Origin: an uncultured Chloroflexia bacterium
Lineage (GTDB): Bacteria; Chloroflexota; Limnocylindria; QHBO01
Assembly (NCBI GenBank): GCA_963827475.1
Contig: CAWHAZ010000007.1
Location: forward strand, 64,001-128,000
DNA: 64,000 bases
Direction of reading: 5' to 3'
Every line of letters begins with the position of its first letter. The stretch's first letter is position 1. Below are positions 1 to 11,050 of this stretch, piece by piece. The translations under genes were made by a program, and so were the position numbers. The notes beneath the pieces are model-generated. The model did no database searches and was not told the DNA's origin. It worked only from the letters and a program-made list of their open reading frames with translations.

Positions 1-2828
1 CACGCGCGACGCGCCAAGCGCCAACCTCCATGACGAGTCGCATCCTTCCGTAGCCGACCATGCCGATCGACGTCGGCTTTGGCCTCCAGCCGCGACGCTT
101 CTTCCTCGTCGCCGCCATGCACCACGCCAATCGCGGTCATCAGCAGGACCCCGACGTTGAACGGGCAGGGCGTGGCGAGGTTGGGCTCGACCCAGTCCTC
201 GGCTTGACGCCACCAAGGCCCGCGACCGCTTCCCAGGCCCCGGCGGCGTATTCCAACCGCAGCCGCATCCCGAGGCCGTGCACTCGATGGTGTGGAGTCA
301 GGCCAGCGACGGTTTCCTCCATGCGGACCGCCATGTCCCGCGCGTCGTCCAGCCGGCCGACGTTCACGTAGAAATCCGCGCGGCTCATCAGTGCGTCCGC
401 AATGTGATCCGGATCGCCGATCGTCGGGGAGCAGCGTGGTGCGCGCGGCCGCCACCTCCAGGGCGCTCACCGAACTGATCGTTCTCCGCCAGAGCGCTCA
501 TGCAATGGCCCGAGGCTCTCGAAACGCAGCTCGACGTCGCCCAGCTGGTCGGCTTCGGTCACCGCCGCGCGGGCAGCGTCCAGGTCATCGTGCCAGTAGG
601 CGTTCGCCGCGAGCGCCCTCACGCGTGCGGGCGTGCCGGACGGAGCCGCTGTCAACGCCCGCTCGATCCAGCCTTCGACCAGGCTGTCGTCCAGGCGTTG
701 CTTCCACATGCCGGCTCGCTGCGACGGTCTGGATAGGCGAGCTCCGGATAGACGAGCCCCTCCGGCGCACCCAGGTCGAGCGCTTTCTCCATGGCCGCCA
801 CGAACCCCTCGCCGTCGTACTTCAGCGCGCTGGCGTGCCCGATGTCGTACCACAGCTCGGCCTGCTGCGCCACGATCCGGCTCCAGCGCGACCGCGCGGC
901 GGAGGAGCGCCAACGCCTCGTCGATTTCGTAGCGACCTACAGCCAGCTCGGCCGCCCGGCGGGCCCAGCCACGGCAGCGGCCCGCAGCCGCTCCACCTCG
1001 GCGTCCTCGCCGGCCCACGCCAGGTCCTGGTTCTCGGGTCGGACCGCCTCGACGATAGTGGTGGGCGAGCAGCGGAGCCAGCTCGTCACGTCCCTCGGCG
1101 CTCCGCTCGAGCCAAGCCGCGAAGGCGGCATGCATCCGCGCCCGTCTGGCCTTGGGCAGGCTCCCGTACGCCACCTCCCGGGTCAGCGCGTGCTTGATGA
1201 CGTACTCGCGCTCGCCCGCCAGCGGTGGAGCCGGCGCGGCGTCGGACGAAGTCCCGCTCCTCCAGGAGACCGATGTTGGGGCTCTCCCCGGCAACCAGCT
1301 CGTACACCGGCCCGGTCCAGAACGTGCGCCCGATGACCGATGCCGCCTGCAGGGCCGCCTTCTCCGCCTCCGGAAGCAGGTCGATGCGCGCGGCGAGCAC
1401 GGCCTGGATCGAGTCGGGGACCTGAATCCCGGCCGGCAGCTCCCCGAACGCCCAAGCTGCCGTTGCTGCGCGTCAGCACGCCGCGGTCGATGAGGGTCCC
1501 CACCAGCTCCTCGACGAAGAACGGGTTGCCCTCGGCGCGCTCCACTACCAGGTCGCGGATCGGATCCGGAACCTCGGCCCCGAGTAGCTCGGCGCACCAG
1601 GCGATCGGTATCGGTGGCGGGCAGCGCCTCGAGGCGCATGGCCGAGGTGCGCTGCCACGCGCCGCCCCAGGCCGGGCGGCGGTCGAGCATCTCGGGGCGA
1701 GCAGTGACCAGGACGAGCAAGTGGGCCCTGGACCTGCGCAACCAGGGTGTCGAGGAGATCGCACAGGTCGTCCTCGGCCCAGTGCATGTCCTCGACCAGC
1801 AGGACCACCGGGCGCTCGCGGACCAGCTCGCCCAGGAACTCGACCCACGCGTCGTGGAGGCGTTCTCGCGCCACCAGCGGGTGGAGCTCCTCGTCGAGCG
1901 TCAGGCCGAGGGTCAGGCCAAGGTAGGGTCGGTCGGCCAGCGCTGCGGCGACGGCTTCGGGCGGGTCGCTCTCGGCGATCCCGAAGTGCTCCTTGAGCAC
2001 CTCGGCCAGGGGCCAGTAGGTCGTGCCCTGGCCGTATGACAGCGTGCGCCCGGTCCGTCGGATCGGCTCGGGAGCCTGCTGCTCAGCCAGCTCCAGATCT
2101 CGCGCGTGAGGCGGGTCTTGCCCACCCCGGCATCGCCCAGGATGGCCACCAGGTGGGGCTCGCGTTCGGCAACGACGCGCTGCGGTATCGGTTCTGGAGC
2201 TCCTGGAACTCGGCGTCGCGACCGACAAAGACCGATGGCATGGCCGCGGACGCCGCGTGGCCGCATGAGGGTGAGCGCGCGCACGACTCGCCGAGCGACG
2301 ATCCCGCCCGGCTTCCCCTTGGCCTCGATGGTCGCCGGGTCGCCGAACTCGAACGCGCCCTGCGGCGGCAGTGACCGTCCTCCCTCCGGCCAGGATCTCG
2401 CCCGGCGCAGCAGCCTGTTCCAGCCGGGCGGCGACGTTGACCGCGTCGCCGGTGACGAACGAGCTTCCCTCGCGCGGGCGCCCCACGACCACGTCGCCGG
2501 TGTTGACCCCGATCCGGAGGGCCAGCTGGTCCCCGAACAGCTCGGTCAGGCGGCGCTCCATGGCGAGGGCGGCGTGGAGCGCCCGCTCGGCGTGGTCCTC
2601 GAGCGCGGCCGGCGCGCCGAACGCGGCCATCACCGCGTCGCCGACGAATTTCTCGACCGTTCCTCCGCAGCGCTCGATCTCCTCGGTCATGGCGTCGTAG
2701 AAGCGGTTCAGGACGAGGCGGGTTCGCTCCGGGTCCTCCTCATCGGCGAGGGCCGTCGAGCCGACCAGGTCGGCGAACAGGACGGTCGCGAGCTTGCGTT
2801 CCTCGCTCGCGGGCTCGGCGTCGGGCAC
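1..2828 (-). CDS. Class III adenylate/guanylate cyclase fused to AAA/STAND ATPase and helical repeats; multiple frameshifts; runs off the window
   Basis: LFADLVGST, EKFVGDAVMA and GDAVNVAARLEQ cyclase motifs; Walker A GDAGVGKT (ORF 1913..2284); Walker B LLVEDMHWA; GNPFFVEE; HALTREVAY. The pieces lie in successive frames. Confidence 0.85.
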
Positions 2829-2870
2829 GTCGGCATCGTAGTCCCGCCGGGACCGGCGGGATGCACTGGC

Positions 2871-3417
2871 TCAGGCCGGCTGGTCGGTCTCCCTGGGCCC
2901 GAAGAAGCCGCGGGCCAGAACCAGCAGGCCGAGCCCGATGAGGACGGCGGGCATGGCCCACTCCGGCAGCGGGATCAGGCCCCCGGACAGGCCGATGACC
3001 TCCTCGAAGAACAGGTAGAAGCCAGCCAGCAGGGCCAGGCCGATGACGATCTGCCACAGGCCGGAGCTTCGCTCCTCGGCGCTCCCGGTCCGCACCCCGC
3101 CCAGGAACGAACCGATACCGGCGGCGGTCGGAATGAGCGCCCAGATCCACGCCCATGTCGCCCACAGCCCGGTCGCGTTCTGCCAGGCCAGGATGAGACC
3201 GATGGTGGCGACCACGCTGCCGCCGATCAGCATCCCGGTGTTGGGCAGGACCAGCCCGAGCACGAACAGCACCGCGCCGGGGGCGATGACGAACCACGGC
3301 CACAGGTCCATGCCCTCGAACGCGTCGAGGTAGCGCATCGCCAGGAAGGCGAGACCGATGACGATCAGCAGCGCGCCCGAGGACGACGCCCGGCGGTGCC
3401 TGGCGCTGGGCGGTCAT
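2871..3417 (-). CDS. Multi-pass membrane protein (LiaI/LiaF-like TM region); frameshift near the 5' end
   Basis: Hydrophobic helices with LWPWFVIAPG and WAWIWALIP; ATG at 3417 overlaps the upstream stop. Confidence 0.6.
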
Positions 3418-4412
3418 GGGCTGATGCTACCGCCCACCACCCCCTCGAAGGAAGCGTCGTCCACGTTGCCGCCGGTGACGACGACCGCTACCCGACGCCC
3501 GGTCAGGGTCCCGAGCTTCCCCTGCTGGAGGGCGGCGATGCCGAGCGCGGCACTGCCTTCCAGTCGCTGCCGCGGTCCGCTCCAGGCCCAGCGCATGGCC
3601 GCCGCGATCGGCTCCTCGCCGACGACGACCACCTCGTCGACCAGGCGCCGGACGAGGCGGAAGGTGATCGAGCCGCGCTCGATGTTGCCCGCGACCCCGT
3701 CGGCGAGGGTCGGCCCGATCGGGACCCATTTCGCGCGCCCGGTGCCCAGGTACGCGTGCATCGGGGGCGAGGCCTCCGGCTGGACGCCGACCAGCCGAAT
3801 CTTCGGGTTGACGGTCTTGACCCACAGGCCGATGCCGCTGATCAGCCCGCCGCCACCGACCGGCACGACCACGGTGTCGACGTCCGGCCACTCCTCGACG
3901 ATCTCCAGGCCCACCGTGCCCTGGCCGGCCACGACATCGGGGTGGTTGTACGGGGGGACGTACACGGCCGCTCCCAGGTCGTGGCGGCGGCGCGCCTCGG
4001 GCTCGGTGTCATCGGTGTCGCGGCCGAAGATCTCGACCGTGCATCGGTCTGTTTCCAGCTCGCGCAGGCGCTCGAGCTTGGCGGGGGAGACCGATCCACC
4101 GACGAGGATCGTGACCGGCAGGCCGTGGCGGCCGGCCGCGCGTGCCATGGCGATGCCGTGGTTGCCGCTGCTGGCGGTGACCAGGGGCAGACCCGTCCCG
4201 CCGGCCGCAATGGCGGCCACGGCCGATTCCGCGCCGCGGACCTTGAACGAGCCGGTCGGCTGGAGGTTCTCGAGCTTCAGACGGACCTCGTCCGCGCCCG
4301 CGTACTGCGCGAGGGGCGGCGAGGCGAGGAGCGGCGTCCGGCTGGCGGCGTCGCCGATGCGGCGTCGCGCGCGGAGGACGTCGAGAGCGATCGGCAACGG
4401 GGGTGGTGCCAC
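3414..4412 (-). CDS. PLP-dependent threonine/serine dehydratase family protein (no ACT domain)
   Basis: KLENLQPTGSFKVRGA, SSGNHG, VPVGGGGLISG, TGGNVD. Confidence 0.9.
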   Translation of the reverse strand: MAPPPLPIALDVLRARRRIGDAASRTPLLASPPLAQYAGADEVRLKLENLQPTGSFKVRGAESAVAAIAAGGTGLPLVTASSGNHGIAMARAAGRHGLPVTILVGGSVSPAKLERLRELETDRCTVEIFGRDTDDTEPEARRRHDLGAAVYVPPYNHPDVVAGQGTVGLEIVEEWPDVDTVVVPVGGGGLISGIGLWVKTVNPKIRLVGVQPEASPPMHAYLGTGRAKWVPIGPTLADGVAGNIERGSITFRLVRRLVDEVVVVGEEPIAAAMRWAWSGPRQRLEGSAALGIAALQQGKLGTLTGRRVAVVVTGGNVDDASFEGVVGGSISP

Positions 4413-4421
4413 CCCCGCAGT

Positions 4422-4766
4422 CTATGCGGGCTCTGGAACCTTCTCGGCGATGTCCCCGAGCCGGTGGGCAATGCGCATCAGCGATGAGATCCGGTCTTCG
4501 GCGCGTGCCCGCTCGGCGGGCGTGGCCCAGTAGCGCAGCGCGTAGTCGATCTCCTGCTTGTGCCGGGTCGCGAGCATGAACAGCTCCTCGACCTCGGGCG
4601 GCGGGAGATCGTCGGCGGCGAGCGCCAGGCGGCGGAATTCCAGGACGTCGACGTAATACGACGTTGCCAACCGATCCAGGTCCCGTTGGGCGTCACGCGG
4701 CCACGGCTCGGGCGGTCCGCCGAATCCATAGCGGCGCCAGGTCTGGGGCTCCACGGAGGTCGGCAT
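4422..4766 (-). CDS. Hypothetical helical protein (114 aa)
   Basis: Purine-rich RBS (GAGGAAAGGGGAG) upstream; protein-like composition; no motif recognised. Confidence 0.7.
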   Translation of the reverse strand: MPTSVEPQTWRRYGFGGPPEPWPRDAQRDLDRLATSYYVDVLEFRRLALAADDLPPPEVEELFMLATRHKQEIDYALRYWATPAERARAEDRISSLMRIAHRLGDIAEKVPEPA

Positions 4767-4951
4767 GGTTGCAGGACTCCCCTTTCCTCAATATTCGGCT
4801 GCTTCAGTTCAGCGCCCTGACGGTACCGATGTCTCTCCGGGGCGCGAAGTCGCCCTCTCGGGCTACGAGTGACGGGACGATCGGCGCCCGGGACCCGCAT
4901 GGCCCATTCGGGGTCCTCCGCGGGCCCTTTGTTAGAATCGGCCGGCCTCGT

Positions 4952-5026
4952 TGGGGTGTGGCCAAGTGGTAAGGCGCCTGACTCTGGATCAGGAGATCGA
5001 AGGTTCGAATCCTTCCGCCCCAGCCA
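4952..5026 (+). tRNA. tRNA-Gln(CTG)
   Basis: Acceptor TGGGGTG/CGCCCCA; anticodon arm CCTGA-CT-CTG-GA-TCAGG; T-loop GGTTCGAATCC; encoded CCA; TAGAAT -10 at 4933-4938. Confidence 0.97.
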
Positions 5027-5045
5027 ACTCTGCAGAGCGAAATGG

Positions 5046-5402
5046 ATGACTGAGCAGGCCGTTCGCGAACACGCGCAGGCATTCTGTGACGCGCTCATCG
5101 CCGGCGACATCGGCCAGGCGGCCGAACAGATGAGCCGTGAGCTGCGCGCGAACCTCGGCCCGATCGTGGCCATGCTGCCGCTCCCGCTGACCGAAGGCAC
5201 GATTGCATCGGTCGAAACGACCGGCTCCGGATACCGCGCTGTGCTGAGCCTGGTTGGGGAGAGTGAAACCGTTCAGCTCGAAACTCGATGGAAGGAGCGG
5301 GACGGTCGGCAGACCATGGTCGAGGCCAGCCGTGTTCACGAGGAGCCGGCTCCGGAGGCGGCTCTCGCCGAAGACGATGTCGGGACAGCCCCGTCCGGTT
5401 GA
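5046..5402 (+). CDS. Small hypothetical protein, possibly NTF2/SnoaL-like fold
   Basis: MTEQAVREHAQAFCDALIAGD N-terminus resembles SnoaL-type openings. Confidence 0.65.
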   Translation: MTEQAVREHAQAFCDALIAGDIGQAAEQMSRELRANLGPIVAMLPLPLTEGTIASVETTGSGYRAVLSLVGESETVQLETRWKERDGRQTMVEASRVHEEPAPEAALAEDDVGTAPSG

Positions 5403-5413
5403 CCCGGCTGTCC

Positions 5414-5836
5414 TTGAGCAAACCAGATAGCGATCCCGCCCGGATCACCGCGTCCGCGGTGTCACTCAACGTCGCCGACCCCGAGGCATCCGCCGCGTTC
5501 GCCCGGGACCACCTTGGCTTTCTCGGTCGAGATGTCCGCTGAAGGATTCACGTCGCTCTCGAGGCCCGACGCCGGGCTTCAACCTGGTCTTCCTGCGCAC
5601 TCGGGCTGGAGACGTTCAAGCCACCCGCACTGGCCGGGCGATCAGCCGATGGCCTGCTCGTCGTGTTCGTGGTCGACGACGTGGACGCGGAGTACGAGCG
5701 CCTTCAGGCCGAGACGTCCCGATCACGACCCCGATCGAGACCGAGCCGTGGGGCGAGCGCTACTTCCAGGTGACCGATCCGAACGGCGTGACCTACCAGC
5801 TCGTCCAGTGGGTCACGGAGCCAGCCAGATCCTTGA
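5414..5836 (+). CDS. VOC/glyoxalase family protein; frameshifted, end uncertain
   Basis: SLNVADPEASAAFARDHLGF ... FVVDDVDAEYERL ... TEPWGERYFQVTDPNG spread over several frames. Confidence 0.75.
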
Positions 5837-5887
5837 CCCGATTTCCCGAGGTCCATATGCTGGAACCATGTCCAGACATCCGGAACG
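5833..5887 (+). promoter_or_regulatory. Sigma70-type promoter with candidate IclR operator
   Basis: TTGACC(5833)-N17-TATGCT(5856), followed by TGTCCAGACATCCGGAACG (5869-5887). Confidence 0.7.
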
Positions 5888-5918
5888 CTGCGACGTGGAC
5901 GGGGGCGCCGGAAGGCCG

Positions 5919-7128
5919 ATGGCGCAACGAGGCCCGTTGGCTGACCTCCGGGTTCTGGAACTCGGCACCCTGATTGCCGGACCCCTCGCCGGCCGCATCT
6001 TCGCGGACTTCGGCGCGGAGGTCATCAAGATCGAGCACCCGGACCGGGGAGACCCGCTCCGGAAGTGGGGGATGACGTGGGACGGCACCGACTCGCTGTG
6101 GCACCTCGTCCAATCGCGCGGCAAGCTGTCGGTGGCCGCCGATCTCCATGACCCGGCCGACCAGGACTTCGTCCGCCAGCTCGCCGCGGAGAGCGACATC
6201 CTCATCGAGAACTTCCGGCCCGGTCGGCTCGAGTCGTGGAACCTGGACCCCGAGGACCTGATCGGGCTCAATCCCCGCCTCATCGTGATGCGGATTTCGG
6301 GGTACGGCCAGACGGGGCCTTTGCGGAATCAACCGGCGTTCGGGACGATTGCCGAGGCGGCCGGGGGACTGCGCTTCATCACCGGGGAGCCGGACCGCCC
6401 GCCGGCGAGGGTGGGGCTCAGCCTGGGCGATTCGATCGCGTCGCTGCAGGCGGTGGTCGGATGCCTGATCGCCCTCCACGAGCGAGGAATCTCCGGCCGA
6501 GGGCAGGTGGTGGACGTCGCGCTGACCGAGGCCCTCTTCTCTATTGCTCGAGGGGATCCTCCCGGAGTACGGCTACTTCGGGGTCGTGCGCGAGCGCACC
6601 GGAAACATCGCCCACAACTCGGCGCCGACCAACGTGTACGCATGCGCCGACGGGGAATCGGTATGCATCGCGGCCAACACCGCCCGGCTGTTCCGATCGC
6701 TCTTCACGATCATCGGTCGAGAAGACGCCGCTTCCGACCCGGTCCTGGCCACCAACGAAGGGCGCGTGGAGCGCGCTGCCGAGCTCGATGCCGCCATCGC
6801 GGCCTGGACAAGATCAAGGACTGCCGACGAGGTCGTTGAGACGCTGCGCGCCCACCAGGTGCCCGTGAGCCGGATCAACACCGTCGCCGACATCGCTGCG
6901 GACCCGCAGTTCCTGGCTCGGGACATGCTTGTCCAGGTGGAAGACGACCGCCTCGAGCGTCCGCTCCTCGTCCCCGGCGTGGTGCCCAAGCTGTCCCGGA
7001 CACCCGGGCGCGTCCCGCACCTGGCCCAGGAGCTGGGAGCCTCCACGGAGGCGATTCGCCGCCGGACTCGGACGGCGAGGCGACGCGGAGGCTCCGCGGA
7101 GCCGGCCGCCTCGGAAGCGACTCGCTAG
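5919..7128 (+). CDS. Family III CoA-transferase (CaiB/BaiF); frameshift ~6545
   Basis: PLADLRVLELGTLIAGP, FGAEVIKIEHP, ENFRPG, ISGYGQTGP, catalytic Asp in SLGDSIA. Confidence 0.92.
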
Positions 7129-7139
7129 CGTTCCCTCGA

Positions 7140-8112
7140 GTGGGAATCGTCCAGACATTCCGCGGGCCGATCGACTCGGCCGGTCTGGGGCCAACCTTGA
7201 TCCACGAGCACGTCTTCGTGCGCAATTTCGAGCTCGAGGTGAACCTTCCCGATCCGGAGTGGGATCGGCAGCAGGCGGTCGCGGCCGCCGTCGCCGGCCT
7301 CACCGATCTGTTCAGCCTCGGGGTTGGCACCGTGGTCGACCTCACGGTCCCGGGACTGGGCCGCGACGTTTCGCTCGTCGGCGAGGTCGCCGACCAGGTC
7401 CCCGTCCACCTGGTCGCGTCGACCGGGTGGTACACGCCGAACGTCCTGCCGACGTATTTCCAGTTCCACGGACCGGGGCGCGCGATCGAGGGACCCGACC
7501 GGCTCACCGAGCTGTTCGTGCGCGACATCACCGAGGGGATCGGTGGGACGCGCGTGCGAGCCGGCATGCTGAAGGTCATGACCGATGGCGACGGGATCAC
7601 ACCGGACGTCGCCCGGGTGATGGCGGCAGCCGCGCTGGCCCACCAGGAAACCGGCGTGGCCATCACCACGCATTCCCTCCCCGCGTCGCGGAACGGGATC
7701 GACCAGCAGTCGTTTCTCGTTGCGCGCGGCGTGCCGCCAGACCGCATCATCATCGGCCACTCCGGCGACAGCGAGGACCTCGACTACCTGAGGGCGCTCA
7801 TGGACAACGGCTCGACGATCGGGATGGACCGCTTCGGGATGGAGCAGGTCCTGCCCGATGATCGGCGCATCAGGACGGTGCTCACCCTCCTCGAATCGGG
7901 ATACGCCGACCGGATGGTTCTCTCCCACGACGCGGCCTTCTACAGCCACGTCACGCCGCCATCCTGGCGGGCGGCATCCGCGCCCCGGTGGCGGATGGAC
8001 ACCATCCACCGCGAGATCCTGCCGGGCCTTCGGGATGCCGGTGTTGCCGAGGACGCGATCGAGCAGATGCTCACGCGTCAATCCTCGGCGTCTGCTGGAG
8101 CCACAGGCATGA
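7140..8112 (+). CDS. Phosphotriesterase-like lactonase/hydrolase; frameshift near the 3' end
   Basis: HEH, MLKV, TTH, IGHSGD and SHD metal ligands; family C-terminus NPRRLL is in the frame ending at 8112. Confidence 0.88.
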
Positions 8113-9089
8113 AGGCTGCCCTGCTCGTCCGTCCCGGTGAACTCACGGTCGACGACATCCCGGACCCATCGGTCGGCCCCGATGACGTCGAGATCGCCGT
8201 CGGCGGCGTCGGTCTGTGTGGATCGGACCTGAGCGTCTTCAGTGGTCACTGGCAGGCCCCGGAGTACCCCTGGGTGATGGGGCACGAGATCTTCGGCACG
8301 GTGGTCGGCGTTGGACCCGGAGTTTCGCCGGAGCGGGTGGGAGAAACGGTCGTCGTCGAGCCCAACATCGCCTGCCTCACCTGCGCCCAGTGCCAGCGTG
8401 GGTGGACCTCGGCCTGCGTGTCTCGACAGTCAATCGGCATGAATCGCCAGGGTGGCCTTGCCGAACGGCTCGTCGTACCCGCTCGCTTCGCGTGGGCGAT
8501 CCGAGGGCTGGGGCCCACGGACCTCGTCTGCGTCGAGCCAGCGACGGTGGCCCTCGCCGCCCTGCGACGCCTGGGCTCGCCGTTGCCGTCCTCCGCCCTG
8601 GTCGTCGGCGCGGGCGCCCAGGGGCTGCTGATGTCGCTCGTTCTCCAGCACCGCGGGACCGGCGTCGACGTGTTCGACATCAACCCAGATCGCCTTGCCT
8701 TCGCGGCCGATCTCGGCGCCCGTCCGCTCGATCTGCAGCCGGATCGCCGGTTCGACCTGGTCGTCGACACGGTCGGCTCTCCCGGATCGATCGAGACCGC
8801 GCTGGGTTCCATCGCGGTGGGCGGGACGCTGCTGATCCTCGGCCTGGACGACCGCCCGTTGGGCCTCACCGCCCAGACCCTGGTCCGCCGCCAGCTCGTG
8901 GTCCGCGGCTCGCTGACGTACGACCACCCCGAGGACTTCGCTGCCTCGGTCGCGGCCATCTCGGAGCGCCGCCTGGTGCCAGGTCGAATCGTCCGCCACG
9001 CGTACGCGCTGGAGGAGGTCCAGGCGGCCTTCGAGCAGGGCGCTTCCGTTGCCGGGAAATCGTGGATTCGCATCGGCGGAGAGGGATGA
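8109..9089 (+). CDS. Zn-dependent medium-chain dehydrogenase
   Basis: MKAALL start overlapping the upstream stop (ATGA); GLCGSD, GHE, CxxCxxCx7C, GAGAQG. Confidence 0.9.
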   Translation: MKAALLVRPGELTVDDIPDPSVGPDDVEIAVGGVGLCGSDLSVFSGHWQAPEYPWVMGHEIFGTVVGVGPGVSPERVGETVVVEPNIACLTCAQCQRGWTSACVSRQSIGMNRQGGLAERLVVPARFAWAIRGLGPTDLVCVEPATVALAALRRLGSPLPSSALVVGAGAQGLLMSLVLQHRGTGVDVFDINPDRLAFAADLGARPLDLQPDRRFDLVVDTVGSPGSIETALGSIAVGGTLLILGLDDRPLGLTAQTLVRRQLVVRGSLTYDHPEDFAASVAAISERRLVPGRIVRHAYALEEVQAAFEQGASVAGKSWIRIGGEG

Positions 9090-9096
9090 CGAATCC

Positions 9097-9152
9097 TTGA
9101 CCCGGGCCTCGCCCGTCCCGTATCCTAGTCCGGTGTCCAACTATGCGGAACG
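9097..9152 (+). promoter_or_regulatory. Sigma70-type promoter with candidate IclR operator
   Basis: TTGACC(9097)-N18-TATCCT(9121), followed by TGTCCAACTATGCGGAACG (9134-9152). Confidence 0.7.
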
Positions 9153-9254
9153 ATCGTTCCGCGCGACACAGGCGCTCAGATGTCCCAGAGCCGTGTGCCC
9201 TCGCAAGCTTGTCCAGGCGGTTCCGTGACCAGTGCATCAAGGAAGGGAGATTCC

Positions 9255-10307
9255 ATGAGCAGGCGTAACCGATCCCTCATCTTCGTGGTGACCGCGCTCC
9301 TCGTGCTGACGGCCTGCCAGAGCAGCGCCAGCGGGGAGCCCTCGGCCGACGCCAGCAGCGCGGCCAGCGAGCCCGCGGCGTCGGAAGCGGCGCAGGAGCC
9401 CTTCGAGCTCAGCCTCGCGCACTCGTACCAGCCCGCCCAGCCCCAGGTCGTCTGTGGCGCCGACATCATCAAGGAAGAGGTCGAGGCCGCGGACGTTGGG
9501 ATCACGATCGAGATCTTCGGGGCCAGCGAGCTGGGCCCAGACGCCGACCGCATCCAGTCGGTCATCGCCGGTGACATCGACATGGACATCCAGGGCGCAT
9601 CGGCCCTGAGTGCCGTCTACGCGCCGATGAGTGCCGTCGACGGCGCGTTCGTCTTCGACGACAGCGCGCACATGTACACGTTCTTCTCGGGCGACGCCTC
9701 GGATCCACTGACGGAGGGCTTCGAGGAGGAGACCGGCGTCCACATCCTCGGTGCGTGGAATACAGGCGCCCGGCAGTTCACGGCGAACGTTCCGATTCGA
9801 TCTCCCGCCGACCTCGAGGGGCTCCGGATGCGGTTCCCGCCGTCGCCGCAGTTCCTCATGAATGCGGCCGCGATGGGCGCCGAGCCCGTCGAGGTTGCCT
9901 TCGAGGACCTATACCTCGCTCTCCAGCAGGGCACGGTGGATGGCCAGGAGAACCCGATCACGAACATCGACGCCATCAACCTCGATGAGGTTCAGAGCCA
10001 CATCAGTCTGTCGAGCCACCAGCTCAGCTCGAACCTCGTGATCATTGGCGAGGTGTGGAACGAGCTCAGCACGGTCCAGCAGGACGCTCTGGCCGCCGCC
10101 GTGGAGGAGGCGATGGTTGAGGAGCCGGTGTGCGCCGCGGAGACCGAGGACGAGATCAAGGCTACGTGGGAAGCAGACGGAACGATGGAGATCGTGGATG
10201 ACGTCGACCGCGACGCCTTCCGCGAAATGGCAGAGCCGTACCTGCGGGAGAACTTCACTCCTGAGCAGGTCGAGGTTCTGGACGCCATCCGCTCGACCGC
10301 GGAGTAG
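9255..10307 (+). CDS. dctP: TRAP transporter substrate-binding lipoprotein
   Basis: Lipobox LTAC; DLEGLRMR; LYLALQQGTVDGQENP. Confidence 0.92.
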   Translation: MSRRNRSLIFVVTALLVLTACQSSASGEPSADASSAASEPAASEAAQEPFELSLAHSYQPAQPQVVCGADIIKEEVEAADVGITIEIFGASELGPDADRIQSVIAGDIDMDIQGASALSAVYAPMSAVDGAFVFDDSAHMYTFFSGDASDPLTEGFEEETGVHILGAWNTGARQFTANVPIRSPADLEGLRMRFPPSPQFLMNAAAMGAEPVEVAFEDLYLALQQGTVDGQENPITNIDAINLDEVQSHISLSSHQLSSNLVIIGEVWNELSTVQQDALAAAVEEAMVEEPVCAAETEDEIKATWEADGTMEIVDDVDRDAFREMAEPYLRENFTPEQVEVLDAIRSTAE

Positions 10308-10314
10308 CATCGGC

Positions 10315-10350
10315 ACTCGGTGTCCGGGGACCCAACCCCGGGCACCGAGT
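10315..10350 (+). terminator. Intra-operon stem-loop after dctP
   Basis: ACTCGGTGTCCGGGG-ACCCAA-CCCCGGGCACCGAGT; 15-bp stem with one G-U pair. Confidence 0.65.
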
Positions 10351-10420
10351 CCACCTCCAGGCCCGGCATCTCACTATGGGGTGAAGCCGGTCACGGTCAC
10401 CGGAGGAAGGTGAGCTCCTG

Positions 10421-11050
10421 ATGGCCCCTGACGATCGCCGCCCTGATGACCCTGCCGACGTGTCGGTCGAGTCAGTTTTCGAGTCAGAGCCGCCGACCGA
10501 AACCGAGCTTTTCGAGGAGAACCTGCACCCGGAGATCCTGCCCGGGCGGGAGCCGTGGCGCTCGATCGTGCATGGGATCGGCATCGTCGAGCAGGCGGTC
10601 GGGGCGTTCCTCATCCTCGTCATCCTGGTCCTGGTCGTATCCCTCGTCGCCCAGCGGTATCTCCCCGGTGTCAGCCTGCCGTGGACCGGGGAGGTCGCGC
10701 GGCTCTCGATGGTGTGGGCCACGTTCGTCATGTCCGGCTACCTCGCCTCGCGCGACCGGCACATCGCCATCCACCTCGTCGACTACGTGCTGAAGGGACG
10801 AGCGTTGGCGGCGATCAAGCTCGCCGCCAACGTCGTCGTGTTCGTCACCTGCGTGGGCCTCGTCTACGCCACGATCCAGCTGCTGGCCGATGACGTGGGC
10901 CAGGTCACACCGGCGGCCGAGATCCCCCTGCTGATCGTGAATTCGGTACCGATCGTCGGGTTCAGCCTCACCGCGCTGCGAGCGGCGCTCGCCATGGCGG
11001 TCATCGACCTCCCGGCCCTGCGACGACCGTCAGAGAGCGCCCCCGCGTGA
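10421..11050 (+). CDS. dctQ: TRAP transporter small permease
   Basis: Four TM helices; PWTGEVARLSMVW; RHIAI. Confidence 0.9.
   Translation: MAPDDRRPDDPADVSVESVFESEPPTETELFEENLHPEILPGREPWRSIVHGIGIVEQAVGAFLILVILVLVVSLVAQRYLPGVSLPWTGEVARLSMVWATFVMSGYLASRDRHIAIHLVDYVLKGRALAAIKLAANVVVFVTCVGLVYATIQLLADDVGQVTPAAEIPLLIVNSVPIVGFSLTALRAALAMAVIDLPALRRPSESAPA

Noticed and set aside
7140-9089. Apparent 649-aa phosphotriesterase-dehydrogenase fusion
   Set aside because: The PTE C-terminus (NPRRLL) is in another frame ending at 8112, overlapping the ADH ATG (ATGA). One indel explains the fusion.
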